From: Squalus acanthias
Taxonomy: Eukaryota
Assembly: GCA_030390025.1 (NCBI GenBank)
Contig: JASTWF010000325.1
Location: forward strand, 310,001-374,000
Direction: 5' to 3'
DNA: 64,000 bases
Both the position numbers and the translations under genes were made by a program. Positions 27,001 through 39,400 of this stretch are shown here, one piece after another. The notes under the pieces were generated by a model. That model ran no database searches. It was not told the DNA's origin and was given only the letters and a program-made list of their open reading frames with translations. The number at the start of each line of letters is the position of its first letter. The stretch's first letter is position 1.

Positions 27001-29725
27001 AGCCTCGGTGTGTGTGTAACATTGCTCTATCTATCTCAGTCTCGGTGTGTGTAACATTGCTCTATCTATCTCAGTCCCAGTGTGTGTGTAACATTGCTCT
27101 ATCTATCTCAGTCCCAGTGTGTGTGTAACATTGCTCTATCTATCTCAGTCCCAGTGTGTGTGTAACATTGCTCTATCTCTCTCAGTGTGTGTGTAACATT
27201 GCTCTATCTATCTCAGTCTCGGTGTGTGTGCAACATTGCTCTATCTATCTCAGTCTCGGTGTGTGTGCATCATTGCTCTATCTATCTCAGTGTGTGTGTA
27301 ACATTGCTCTATCTATCTCAGTCTCTGTGTGTGTGTGTGTGTAACATTGCTCTATCTATCTCAGTCTCGGTGTGTCTGTAACATTGCTCTATCTATCTCA
27401 GTCTCGGTGTGTGTGTAACATTGCTCTATCTATCTCAGTCTCAGTGTGTAACATTGCTCTATCTATCTCAGTCTCAGTGTGTAACATTGCTCTATCTATC
27501 TCAGTCTCAGTGTGTAACATTGCTCTATCTATCTCAGTCTCTGTGTGTAACATTGCTCTATCTATCTCAGTCTCGGTGTGTGTGTAACATTGCTCTATCT
27601 ATCTCAGTCTCAGTGTGTAACATTGCTCTATCTATCTCAGTCTCAGTGGGTGTAACATTGCTCTATCTATCTCAGTCTCGGTGTGTGTGTAACATTGCTC
27701 TATCTATCTCAGTCTCAGTGTGTGTGTAACATTGCTCTATCTATCACAGTCTCAGTGTGTGTGTAACATTGCTCTATCTTTCTCAGTCTCGGTGTGTGTG
27801 TAATATTGCTCTATCTATCTCAGTCTCAGTGTGTGTGTAACATTGCTCTATCTATCTCAGTCTCAGTGTGTAACATTGCTCTATCTATCTCAGTCTCGGT
27901 GTGTGTGTAATATTGCTCTATCTATCTCAGTCTCAGTGTGTGTGTAACATTGCTCTATCTTTCTCAGTCTCGGTGTGTGTGTAATATTGCTCTATCTATC
28001 TCAGTCTCAGTGTGTGTGTAACATTGCTCTATCTATCTCAGTCTCAGTGTGTGTGTAACATTGCTCTATCTTTCTCAGTCTCGGTGTGTGTGTAATATTG
28101 CTCTATCTATCTCCGTCTCAGTGTGTGTGTAACATTGCTCTACCTATCTCAGTGTCAGTGTGTGTGTAACATTGCTCTATCTATCTCAGTCTCAGTGGGT
28201 GTAACATTGCTCTACCTATCTCAGTCTCGGTGTGTGTGTAACATTGCTCAATCTATCTCCGTGTGTGTGTAACATTGCTCTATCTATCTCAGTCCCAGTG
28301 TGTGTGTCACATTGCTCGATCTATCTCAGCCTCGGTGTGTGTGTAACATTGCTCTATCTATCTCAGTCTCGGTGTGTGTAACATTGCTCTATCTATCTCA
28401 GTCCCAGTGTGTGTGTAAAATTGCTCTATCTATCTCAGTGTGTGTGTAACATTGCTCTATCTATCTCAGTCCCAGTGTGTGTGTAACATTGCTCTGTCTA
28501 TCTCAGTCCCAGTGTGTGTGTAACATTGCTCTATCTAACTCAGTCTCGGTGTGTGTAACATTGCTCTATCTATCTCAGTCTCGGTGTGTGTAACATTGCT
28601 CTATCTATCTCAGTCTCAGTGTGTAACATTGCTCTATCTATCTCAGTCTCAGTGTGTGTAACATTGCTCTATCTATCTCAGTCCCAGTGTGTGTGTAACA
28701 TTGCTCTATCTATCTCAGCCTCGGTGTGTGTGTAACATTGCTCTATCTATCTCAGTCTCGGTGTGTGTAACATTGCTCTATCAATCTCAGTCTCAGTGTG
28801 TAACATTGCTCTATCTATCTCAGTCCCAGTGTGTGTGTGTAACATTGCTCTATCTATCTCAGTCTCGGTGTGTGTGTAACATTGCTCTATCTATCTCAGT
28901 CTCAGTGTGTAACATTGCTCTATCTATCTCAGTCTCAGTGTGTAACATTGCTCTATCTATCTCAGTCTCAGTGTGTAACATTGCTCTATCTATCTCAGTC
29001 TCAGTGTGTAACATTGCTCTGTCTATCTCAGTCTCAGTGTGTAACATTGCTCTATCTATCTCCGTCTCGGTGTGTTTGTAACATTGCTCTATCTATCTCA
29101 GTCTCGGTGTGTGTGTAACATTGCTCTATCTATCTCAGTCTCGGTGTGTTTTTAACATTGCTCTATCTATCTCAGTCTCGGGGTGTGTGTGTAACATTGC
29201 TCTATCTATCTCAGTCTCAGTGTGTGTGGAACATTGCTCTCTCTATCTCAGTCTCAGATAGAGCAATGTTACACACACACTGAGACCGAGATAGATAGAG
29301 CAACGTTACACACCGAGACTGAGATAGATAGAGCAATGTTACACACACACACTGAGACTATCTATTTCAGTCTCGGTGTGTAACGTTGCTCTATCTATCT
29401 CAGTGTGAGTGTAACATTGCTCTATCTATCTCAGTCTCAGTGTGTAACATTGCCCTATCTATCTCAGTCTCAGTGTGTAACATTGCTCTATCTATCTCAG
29501 TCTCACTGTGTAACATTGCTCTATCTATCTCAGTCTCAGTGTGTGTGTAACATTGCCCTATCTATCTCAGTCTCACTGTGTAACATTGCCCTATCTATCT
29601 CAGTCTCAGTGTGTAACATTGCTCTATCTATCTCAGTCTCACTGTGTAACATTGCCCTATCTATCTCAGTCTCAGTGTGTAACATTGCCCTATCTATCTC
29701 AGTCTCAGTGTGTAACATTGCTCTC
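1..29725. repeat. Giant intronic minisatellite, 33-41 bp unit (GT)n-AACATTGCTCTATCTATCTCAGTCTC(A/G); an estimated 800-850 units, extending past the window start
   Basis: The unit is visible throughout. Length varies through the (GT)n number, and diagnostic variants recur in higher-order blocks. The array ends about 20 nt before the AG at 29743-29744. Confidence 0.99.
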
Positions 29726-29744
29726 TTTATCTGATGTGTCTTAG

Positions 29745-29891
29745 GAGAAGCAGGAGAAGATGTGGGAGATTTTTGAAATGCTGGGTGGAGATCAAGACCT
29801 CATCGACCCTTCCAGTGAGCTGATAAAGGAAGGTCCCATTCTGAAGGTTTCTGTCCGATCCAACACACCGAAGGAGAGGCATTTGTTTCTA
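29745..29891 (+). CDS. FGD2: FGD-family (FGD2-like) exon, DH-PH1 linker and PH1 start: EKQEKMWEIFEMLGGDQDLIDPSSELIKEGPILKVSVRSNTPKERHLFL
   Basis: ttag| acceptor and |gtatgt donor, 147 nt, phase 0-0. Resembles the FGD1-4 'DIVxPSxELIKEGxILK...RYLFL' segment. The family call is firm; the paralogue call is less so. Confidence 0.85.
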
Positions 29892-30116
29892 GTATGTGGG
29901 CATAATAATTGGAGTTTTGTTCTCGTGTATACCTTTGCCCTTGTTGTCTCAGCTTTACTCCGTACCTGATTCCTGTTACCCACCTCCTCTCATATCTTGC
30001 AGTCTCCTCTTTGTTTTGTCCTCACCCTATCTCTCTCCATCTCTTTTTTTCTCCCTCCCCTCCATCTTTCCCCTCTTTCCATTCCCTCCCTCTTTCCCCT
30101 TCTCCTCCCTTACTCC

Positions 30117-31131
30117 CAATAACCTGCTCACCGATGCTCAGTTTGGTTTCTGTCTGGACCACTCACTGCAGACCTCATTACAGCCTAGGTCCAGACATGG
30201 GCAAAAGAGCTGAATTCCAGAGGTGAGGTGTGAGTGAGTGGCCATGACATCAAGGCAGCATTTGACCGAGTATGGCAACATAGGAGCCCTTGTCAGTGGG
30301 AATCAGGGGGAAAACTCTCCACTGGCTGGAGTCATACCCAGCACAAAGGAAGATGGTTGTTGGGAGGCCAATCATCTCAGCCCCAGGATATCGCTGCAGG
30401 TGTTTCTCAGGGCAACAAAAACAACAACAACTTGCTTTTATATAGCACCTTTATTGTAGTAAAACGTCCCACGATGCAGGAGCGATTATCAAACAATATT
30501 TGACACTGAGCCACATGAGGTATTAGGACAGATGACCAAAAGCTTGGTCAAACGGTTAGGTTATAAGGAGCATCTTATAGGAGGAGAGAGAGGTTGAGGG
30601 AGGGAATTCCAGAGTTTAGGGCCTAGGCAGCTGAACGCACGGCCACCAATGGTGGAGTGATTAAAATAGAGGATGAGCAAGAGGCCAGAATTGGAGGAGC
30701 TCAGAGATCTTGGAGGGGGTCGTAGGGCTGGAGGAGGTTACAAAGATAGGGAGGGATGAGGCAGCGTATGGATGAGAAATAGGAGGGGGCCAGGGATAGA
30801 TCCTTGGGGGACATCAGAGGTAATGGTGCGGGAGTGTAAAGAGAAGCCATTGCAAGTGATTCTCTGGCTATGACTGGATAGTTAAGAATGGAACCAGGCG
30901 AGTGCAGTCCCACCTAGCTGGACAACGGAGGAGAGGCATTGGAGGAGGATGGTGTGATCAACCATGTCCTCCCAACCATCTTCAGCTGGTTCATCAATGA
31001 CCTTCCCTCTACCATAAGTTCAGAAGTGGGGATGTTCGCTGATGACTGCACAGTGTTCAGTGCCATTCGCAACTCCTCAGATAATGATGCAGTCTGTGCC
31101 CACATGCAGCAAGACCTGAACGACATTCAGG
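30117..31131 (+). mobile_element. Degenerate non-LTR retrotransposon reverse transcriptase fragment (CR1/L2/Jockey group), split by an L2 insertion
   Basis: RT motifs in broken frames: NNLLTDAQFGF, DIKAAFDRVW and a PQG-like VSQG before 30414; PTIFSWFINDLP and MFADD after 30965. Confidence 0.85.
30415..30968 (-). mobile_element. L2-clade LINE 3' fragment with internal deletion
   Basis: (TTG)n-type tail and ...GCTATATAAAAGCAAG end on the minus strand. Similar to the copy at 51301-52700. Minus-strand RT remnants VPQGS and GPLLFLI. Confidence 0.8.
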
Positions 31132-31239
31132 CAATGTTCTGGGGCGGGTTGGGTGGGGAAGAGGACTTGATTGGATGAGGGCCAAACCTCCGCCCCCCTC
31201 TCTCCACCCCCGATCTCACTGCTCTGTGTTTAATTTCAG

Positions 31240-31332
31240 TTGAACAACATGCTGCTCTGCTGCTCCCCGAAGCTGAGTCTGGGAGGTTCGCGATTCACCG
31301 TTCGCTTGAAGCTGCTCACAGACTCCATGCAG
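31240..31332 (+). CDS. FGD2: FGD2-like exon, PH1: LNNMLLCCSPKLSLGGSRFTVRLKLLTDSMQ
   Basis: tttcag| acceptor and CAG|gttgtt donor, 93 nt, phase 0-0. Matches the FGD 'FNNMLLYC.P......F.VR' pattern. Confidence 0.82.
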
Positions 31333-31412
31333 GTTGTTGGTGTTTACTCAGAAAATCTTTCAGCTGGAATGTGGGGAGTCGGACACTGACTGACACTCCC
31401 ATTGCTTTACAG

Positions 31413-31492
31413 GTCAAGGAGGTGAATGATGCTGAGGGTCGACACTGCTTCCTGGTGTCGGGCAAACAGCGATCATTGGAACTACAGGCCAG
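31413..31492 (+). CDS. FGD2: FGD2-like exon, PH1: VKEVNDAEGRHCFLVSGKQRSLELQA(R)
   Basis: tttacag| acceptor and AG|gtagga donor, 80 nt, phase 0-2. FLVSGKQRSLELQAR is a hallmark FGD1-4 motif. Confidence 0.9.
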
Positions 31493-31544
31493 GTAGGAAC
31501 AGCTTCTGCACGCAGCGGTAACAATCCCCACCGCCTCAACCCAA

Positions 31545-31743
31545 CCCCCAGCCTGTGGTACAGGCCGGGTAACCATTTCCCCCCTCCCCCAGCCTGTGGT
31601 ACAGGCCGGGTAACCATTCCCCCCCTCCCCCAGACTGTGGTACAGGCCGGGTAACCATTTACCCCCCCCCTCCCCCAGCCTGTGGTACAGGCCGGGTAAC
31701 CATTTACCCCCCCCCTCCTCCAGACTGTGGTACAGGCCGGGTA
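31545..31743. repeat. Minisatellite, about 41-45 bp x 5 (CCCAGCCTGTGGTACAGGCCGGGTAACCATTT-Cn)
   Basis: Five copies differing mainly in C-run length. Confidence 0.95.
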
Positions 31744-31934
31744 GCTACACCCAACCCAAGGACCTCTTGGAACGAGATCAGGGATCTGAGACTAGATGTG
31801 GCGGCTCAGTGCGGGGGGGGGGGGGGGGGAGTGGCGCACAGGTGGGCAGGCAATTTTGGATTTAATGGAGCCAATCTCATTCTCTGACAGTGAATACTGG
31901 CATGGCACTGTCTGATTACTGGTGTCACGTACCC

Positions 31935-32912
31935 GCTGTGCCCCCACCCCAAACATCTGCTGTGCCCCCCCCCCACCCACCCTACTCCGCTGTGCCCCCA
32001 CCCCGCACTTGCTGTGCCCCCAGCCCCCACCCACCCTACTCCGCTGTGCCCCCACCCCAAACATCTGCTGTGCCCCCCCCACCCACCCTACTCCGCTGTG
32101 CCCCCACCCCAAACATCTGCTGTGTCCCCCCACCCACCCTACTCCACTGTGCCCCCACCCCAAACATCTGCTGTGCCCCCACCCCAAACATCTGCTGTGC
32201 CCCCCCCACCCACTCTACTCCGCTGTGCCCCCACCCCGCACTTGCTGTGCCCCCACCCCCCACCCACCCTACTCCGCTGTGCCCCCACCCCAAACATCTG
32301 CTGTGCCCCCCCCCCCACCCACCCTACTCCGCTGTGCCCCCACCCCGCACTTGCTGTGCCCCCAGCCCCCACCCACCCTACTCCGCTGTGCCCCCACCCC
32401 AAACATCTGCTGTGCCCCCCCCACCCACCCTACTCCGCTGTGCCCCCACCCCAAACATCTGCTGTGTCCCCCCCACCCACCCTACTCCACTGTGCCCCCA
32501 CCCCAAACATCTGCTGTGCCCCCACCCCAAACATCTGCTGTGCCCCCCCCCCACCCACTCTACTCCGCTGTGCCCCCACCCCGCACTTGCTGTGCCCCCA
32601 CCCCCCACCCACCCTACTCCGCTGTGCCCCCGCCCCAAACATCTGCTGTGGCCCCCCCCCCCACCCACCCACCCTACTCCGCTGTGCCCCCACCCCACAC
32701 TTGCTGTGCCCCCACCCCACACCCACCCCACACTTGCTGTGCCCCCCCCCCCGCACTTGCTGTGTCCCCCCCCCCCCCGCACTTGCTGTGGCCCCCCCCG
32801 CACTTGCTGTGTCCCCCCCCCCCCACACTTGCTGTGCCCCCCCCCCGCACTTGCTGTGTCCCCCCCCCCCCCCCGCACTTGCTGTGGCCCCCCCCGCACT
32901 TGCTGTGGCCCC
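31935..32912. repeat. C-rich modular minisatellite (GCTGTG-Cn followed by ACCCCAAACATCT, ACCCACCCTACTCC or ACCCCGCACTT)
   Basis: Modules of about 20-30 bp sharing a GCTGTG core. Source of the Pro-rich and Gly-rich pseudo-ORFs here. Confidence 0.95.
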
Positions 32913-33139
32913 TAGCCTGCACCTGCTATGTGTCCTTCTGCAGCAGCCCTGTGGCACCGGTGTCCCTTGTATCCAACCAGTGCTGTCACAGCTGCGAGAT
33001 GGAGTGGCTGTGTTGGCACCGCACTGGCACTGGCTGATGTCTCGGCTCTGGGACACCGACCTGTGTCTGTGTGTGTGCACCGTAGTTTCCCTTTCATGGA
33101 TTAATGAATAAGATGTCTCTCGTTCCTCTCTCTTCACAG

Positions 33140-33170
33140 GTCACACGAGGAGCTTGAAGCCTGGATCCAG
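33140..33170 (+). CDS. FGD2: FGD2-like 31-nt exon, PH1 C-terminal helix: (R)SHEELEAWIQ
   Basis: ttcacag| acceptor and CAG|gtatgg donor. Phase 2-0 completes the split Arg codon of the previous exon. Contains the conserved PH tryptophan. Confidence 0.88.
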
Positions 33171-33280
33171 GTATGGGAGCAATGGCTCCAAGTTAATACT
33201 TTGTTGAATGACCAACCAATAATTGGATTTCAAAATAGTTGACTTTTTATTTAAATCAAAACTCCTTTTTTCTATAGACC

Positions 33281-33384
33281 AGACTCCCCAAACTCTGGGG
33301 TCCCCGGGACAGACTCCCCAAACTCTGGGGTCCACGGGAGAGACTCCCCAAACTCTGGGGTCCCTGGGACAGACTCCCCAAACT
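33281..33384. repeat. 30-bp minisatellite x 3.5 (AGACTCCCCAAACTCTGGGGTCCCCGGGAC)
   Basis: Exact 30-bp period, with a CCCCA/TGGGG inverted pair in each unit. Confidence 0.95.
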
Positions 33385-33499
33385 ATCCTGTGTTTCTCGG
33401 GTTGGTTTATGATTTCAGTTTATTTTTGAGTGTGTAATTTCCCAGGGCCGTCCCTGGGAGATATTTTTGGCTTGTGTCGCCCACACTCCAGTTTATAAT

Positions 33500-36400
33500 C
33501 CGATCTGTTTTCCGATCACTGATTCCAGTCTCTGTTTTCCAATCACTGATTCCTGTCTCTGTTTTCCAATCACTGATTCCAATCACTGATTCCGATCTCT
33601 GTTTTCCAATCACTGATTCCAATCACTGATTCCAGTCTCTGTTTTCCAATCACTGATTCCAATCACTGATTCCAATCACTGATTCCAGTCTCTGCTTTCC
33701 AATCGCTGATTCCAATCACTGATTCCAGTCTCTGTTTTCCAATCACTGATTCCAGTCTCTGTTTTCCAATCACTGATTCCAATCACTGATTCCAGTCTCT
33801 GTTTTCCAATCACTGATTCCAATCACTGATTCCAGTCTCTGTTTTCCAATCACTGATTCCAATCACTGATTCCAGTCTCTGTTTTCCAATCACTGATTCC
33901 AATCACTGATTCCAGTCTCTGTTTTCCAATCACTGATTCCAGTCTCTGTTTTCCAGTCTCTGTTTTCCAATCACTGATTCCAGTCTCTGTTTTCCAGTCT
34001 CTGTTTTCCAATCACTGATTCCAGTCTCTGTTTTCCAATCACTGATTCCAGTCTCTGTTTTCCAATCACTGATTCCAATCACTGATTCCAGTCTCTGTTT
34101 TCCAATCACTGATTCCAGTCTCTGTTTTCCAATCACTGATTCCAGTCTCTGTTTTCCAATCACTGATTCCAGTCTCTGTTTTCCAATCACTGATTCCAGT
34201 CTCTGTTTTCCAATCACTGATTCCAATCACTGATTCCAGTCTCTGTTTTCCAATCACTGATTCCGATCTCTGTTTTCCAATCACTGATTCCAATCACTGA
34301 TTCCAGTCTCTGTTTTCCAATCACTGATTCCAATCACTGATTCCAATCACTGATTCCAGTCTCTGTTTTCCAATCGCTGATTCCAATCACTGATTCCAGT
34401 CTCTGTTTTCCAATCACTGATTCCAGTCTCTGTTTTCCAATCACTGATTCCAATCACTGATTCCAGTCTCTGTTTTCCAATCACTGATTCCAGTCTCTGT
34501 TTTCCAATCACTGATTCCAATCACTGATTCCAGTCTCTGTTTTCCAATCACTGATTCCAATCACTGATTCCAGTTTCTGTTTTCCAATCACTGATTCCAA
34601 TCACTGATTCCAGTCTCTGTTTTCCAATCACTGATTCCAATCACTGATTCCAGTCTCTGTTTTCCAATCACTGATTCCAGTCTCTGTTTTCCAGTCTCTG
34701 TTTTCCAATCACTGATTCCAGTCTCTGTTTTCCAATCACTGATTCCAGTCTCTGTTTTCCAATCACTGATTCCAATCACTGATTCCAGTCTCTGTTTTCC
34801 AATCACTGATTCCAGTCTCTGTTTTCCAATCACTGATTCCAATCACTGCTTCCAGTCTCTGTTTTCCAATCACTGATTCCAGTCTCTGTTTTCCAATCAC
34901 TGATTCCAGTCTCTGTTTTCCAATCACTGATTCCAGTCTCTGTTTTCCAATCACTGATTCCAGTCTCTGTTTTCCAATCACTGATTCCAATCACTGATTC
35001 CAGTCTCTGTTTTCCAATCACTGATTCCAGTCTCTGTTTTCCAATCACTGATTCCAATCACTGATTCCAGTCTCTGTTTTCCAATCACTGATTCCAGTCT
35101 CTGTTTTCCAATCACTGATTCCAGTCTCTGTTTTCCAATCACTGATTCCAGTCTCTGTTTTCCAATCACTGATTCCAGTCTCTGTTTTCCAATCACTGAT
35201 TCCAATCACTGATTCCAGTCTCTGTTTTCCAATCACTGATTCCAATCACTGATTCCAGTCTCTGTTTTCCAATCACTGATTCCAGTCTCTGTTTTCCAAT
35301 CACTGATTCCAGTCTCTGTTTTCCAATCACTGATTCCAGTCTCTGTTTTCCAATCACTGATTCCAGTCTCTGTTTTCCAATCACTGATTCCAGTCTCTGT
35401 TTTCCAATCTCTGTTTTCCAATCACTGATTCCAGTCTCTGTTTTCCAATCACTGATTCCAGTCTCTGTTTTCCAATCACTGATTCCGGTCTCTGTTTTCC
35501 GATCACCGAATCCGGTCTCTGTTTTCCGGTCTCTGTTTTCCAATCACTGATTCCAGTCTCTGTTTTCCAATCACTGATTCCAGTCTCTGTTTTCCAATCA
35601 CTGATTCCAGTCTCTGTTTTCCAGTCTCTGTTTTCCAATCACTGATTCCAGTCTCTGTTTTCCAATCACTGATTCCAGTCTCTGTTTTCCAATCACTGAT
35701 TCCAGTCTCTGTTTTCCAGTCTCTGTTTTCCAATCACTGATTCCAGTCTCTGTTTTCCAATCACTGATTCCAATCACTGATTCCAGTCTCTGTTTTCCAA
35801 TCACTGATTCCAATCACTGATTCCAGTCTCTGTTTTCCAGTCTCTGTTTTCCAATCACTGATTCCAATCACTGATTCCAGTCTCTGTTTTCCAATCACTG
35901 ATTCCAGTCTCTGTTTTCCAGTCTCTGTTTTCCAATCACTGATTCCAATCACTGATTCCAGTCTCTGTTTTCCAATCACTGATTCCAGTCTCTGTTTTCC
36001 AGTCTCTGTTTTCCAATCACTGATTCCAATCTCTGTTTTCCAATCACTGATTCCAGTCTCTGTTTTCCAATCACTGATTCCAATCTCTGTTTTCCAATCA
36101 CTGATTCCAATCTCTGTTTTCCAATCACTGATTCCAGTCTCTGTTTTCCAGTCTCTGTTTTCCGGTCTCTGATTCCGGTCTCTGATTCCGGTCTCTGTTT
36201 TCCGATCACCGATTCCGGTCTCTGTTTTCCGGTCTCTGATTCCGGTCTCTGTTTTCCGGTCTCTGTTTTCCGATCACCAATTCCGGTCTCTGTTTTCCGG
36301 TCTCTGATTCCGGTCTCTGTTTTCCGGTCTCTGTTTTCCGATCACCAATTCCGGTCTCTGTTTTCCAGTCTCTGATTCCGGTCTCTGTTTTCCGGTCTCT

Positions 36401-39400
36401 GATTCCGGTCTCTGTTTTCCGGTCTCTGATTCCGGTCTCTGTTTTCCGATCACCGATTCCGGTCTCTGTTTTCCGGTCTCTGATTCCAGTCTCTGTTTTC
36501 CGATCACCGAATCCGGTCTCTGATTCCGGTCTCTGTTTTCCGGTCTCTGTTTTCCGGTCTCTGATTCCGGTCTCTGTTTTCCGATCACCGATTCCGGTCT
36601 CTGATTCCGGTCTCTGTTTTCCGGTCTCTGTTTTCCGATCACCGATTCCGGTCTCTGTTTTCCGATCACCGATTCCGGTCTCTGTTTTCCGGTCTCTGTT
36701 TTCCGGTCTCTGATTCCAGTCTCTGTTTTCCGATCACCGATTCCGGTCTCTGATTCCGGTCTCTGTTTTCCGGTCTCTGTTTTCCGATCACCAATTCCGG
36801 TCTCTGTTTTCCGGTCTCTGTTTTCCTGTCTCTGTTTTCCGGTCTCTGTTTTCCGATCACCGATTCCGGTCTCTGTTTTCCGGTCTCTGTTTTCCTGTCT
36901 CTGTTTTCCGGTCTCTGTTTTCCGATCACCGATTCCGGTCTCTGTTTTCCGATCACCGATTCCGGTCTCTGATTCCGGTCTCTGTTTTCCGGTCTCTGAT
37001 TCCGGTCTCTGTTTTCCGATCACCGAATCCGGTCTCTGTTTTCCGGTCTCTGTTTTCCGGTCTCTGTTTTCCGATCACCGATTGCGGTCTCTGATTCCGG
37101 TCTCTGTTTTCCGGTCTCTGATTCCGGTCTCTGTTTTCCGATCTCTGATTCCGGTCTCTGTTTTCCGATCACCGATTCCGGTCTCTGTTTTCCGATCACC
37201 GATTCCGGTCTCTGATTCCGGTCTCTGTTTTCCGGTCTCTGATTCCGGTCTCTGTTTTCCGATCACCGAATCCGGTCTCTGTTTTCCGGTCTCTGTTTTC
37301 CGGTCTCTGTTTTCCGATCACCGATTGCGGTCTCTGATTCCGGTCTCTGTTTTCCGGTCTCTGATTCCGGTCTCTGTTTTCCGATCTCTGATTCCGGTCT
37401 CTGTTTTCCGATCACCGATTCCGGTCTCTGTTTTCCGATCACCGATTCCGGTCTCTGTTTTCCGGTCTCTGTTTGCCGGTCTCTGTTTTCCGGTATCTGT
37501 TTCCGGTCTCTGTTTTCCGGTCTCTGATTCCGGTCTCTGTTTTCCGATCACCGATTCCAGTCTCTGTTTTCCGGTCTCTGTTTTCCGATCACCGAATCCG
37601 GTCTCTGTTTTCCGGTCTCTGTTTTCCGGTCTCTGTTTTCCGGTCTCTGTTTTCCGGTCTCTGTTTTCCGGTCTCTGTTTTCCGATCACCGAATCCGGTC
37701 TCTGTTTTCCAGTGTCTGTTTTCCGGTCTCTGTTTTCCGATCGCCGATTGTGGTCTCTGTTTTCCGGTCTCTGTTTTCCGGTCTCTGATTCCGGTCTCTG
37801 ATTCCGGTCTCTGTTTTCCGGTCTCTGTTTTCCGGTCTCCGATTCCGGTCTCTGTTTTCCGATCACCAATTCCGGTCTCTGTTTTCCGATCACCAATTCC
37901 GGTCTCTGTTTTCCGATCCCTGTTTTCCGATCACCGAATCCGGTCTCTGTTTTCCGGTCTCTGTTTTCCGGTCTCTGTTTTCCGGTCTCTGTTTTCCGAT
38001 CACCGAATCCGGTCTCTGTTTTCCAGTGTCTGTTTTCCGGTCTCTGTTTTCCGATCACCGATTGCGGTCTATGTTTTCCGGTCTCTGTTTTCCGGTCTCT
38101 GTTTTCCGGTCTCTGATTCCGGTCTCTGTTTTCCGGTCTCTGATTCCGGTCTCTGTTTTCCGATCACCAATTCCGGTCTCAGTTTTCCGATCACCGATTC
38201 CGGTCTCTGATTCCGGTCTCTGTTTTCCGGTCTCTGTTTTCCGATCACCGATTCCGGTCTCTGTTTTCCGATCACCAATTCCGGTCTCTGTTTTCCGATC
38301 ACCAATTCCGGTCTCAGTTTTCCGATCACCAATTCCGGTCTCTGTTTTCCGGTCTCTGATTCCGGTCTCTGTTTTCCGGTCTCTGATTCCGGTCTCTGTT
38401 TTCCGGTCTCTGATTCCGGTCTCTGTTTTCCGGTCTCTGATTCCGGTCTCTGTTTTCCGGTCTCTGATTCCGGTCTCTGTTTTCCGATCACCGATTCCGG
38501 TCTCTGTTTTCCGGTCTCTGATTCCGGTCTCTGTTTTCCGGTCTCTGATTCCAGTCTCTGTTTTCCGATCACCGAATCCGGTCTCTGATTCCGGTCTCTG
38601 TTTTCCGGTCTCTGTTTTCCGGTCTCTGATTCCGGTCTCTGTTTTCCGGTCTCTGTTTTCCGATCACCGATTCCGGTCTCTGATTCCGGTCTCTGTTTTC
38701 CGGTCTCTGTTTTCCGATCACCGATTCCGGTCTCTGTTTTCCGGTCTCTGATTCCGGTCTCTGTTTTCCGGTCTCTGTTTTCCGATCACCGAATCCGGTC
38801 TCTGTTTTCCGATCACCGATTCCGGTCTCTGTTTTCCGGTCTCTGATTCCGGTCTCTGTTTTCTGGTCTCTGTTTTCCGATCACCGATTCCAGTCTCTGT
38901 TTTCCGGTCTCTGATTCCGGTCTCTGTTTTCCGATCACCGATTCCGGTCTCTGTTTTCCGATCACCAATTCCGGTCTCTGTTTTCCGATCACCAATTCCG
39001 GTCTCAGTTTTCCGATCACCAATTCCGGTCTCTGTTTTCCGGTCTCTGATTCCGGTCTCTGTTTTCCGGTCTCTGATTCCGGTCTCTGTTTTCCGGTCTC
39101 TGATTCCGGTCTCTGTTTTCCGGTCTCTGATTCCGGTCTCTGTTTTCCGGTCTCTGATTCCGGTCTCTGTTTTCCGATCACCGATTCCGGTCTCTGTTTT
39201 CCGGTCTCTGATTCCGGTCTCTGTTTTCCGGTCTCTGATTCCAGTCTCTGTTTTCCGATCACCGAATCCGGTCTCTGATTCCGGTCTCTGTTTTCCGGTC
39301 TCTGTTTTCCGGTCTCTGATTCCGGTCTCTGTTTTCCGGTCTCTGTTTTCCGATCACCGATTCCGGTCTCTGATTCCGGTCTCTGTTTTCCGGTCTCTGT

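Noticed and set aside
1..29725. Canonical recursive (AG|GT) splice sites in the array
   Set aside because: The consensus unit has CAG followed by TC or TG, not GT. AGGT appears only sporadically, mostly in the error-prone patches.
132..29744. Many ORFs such as CVTLLYLSQSQ, CNIALSISVSV and MLHTETEIDRA repeats
   Set aside because: These are translations of the 33-bp unit; frames break wherever the GT number changes, and there is no coding signature.
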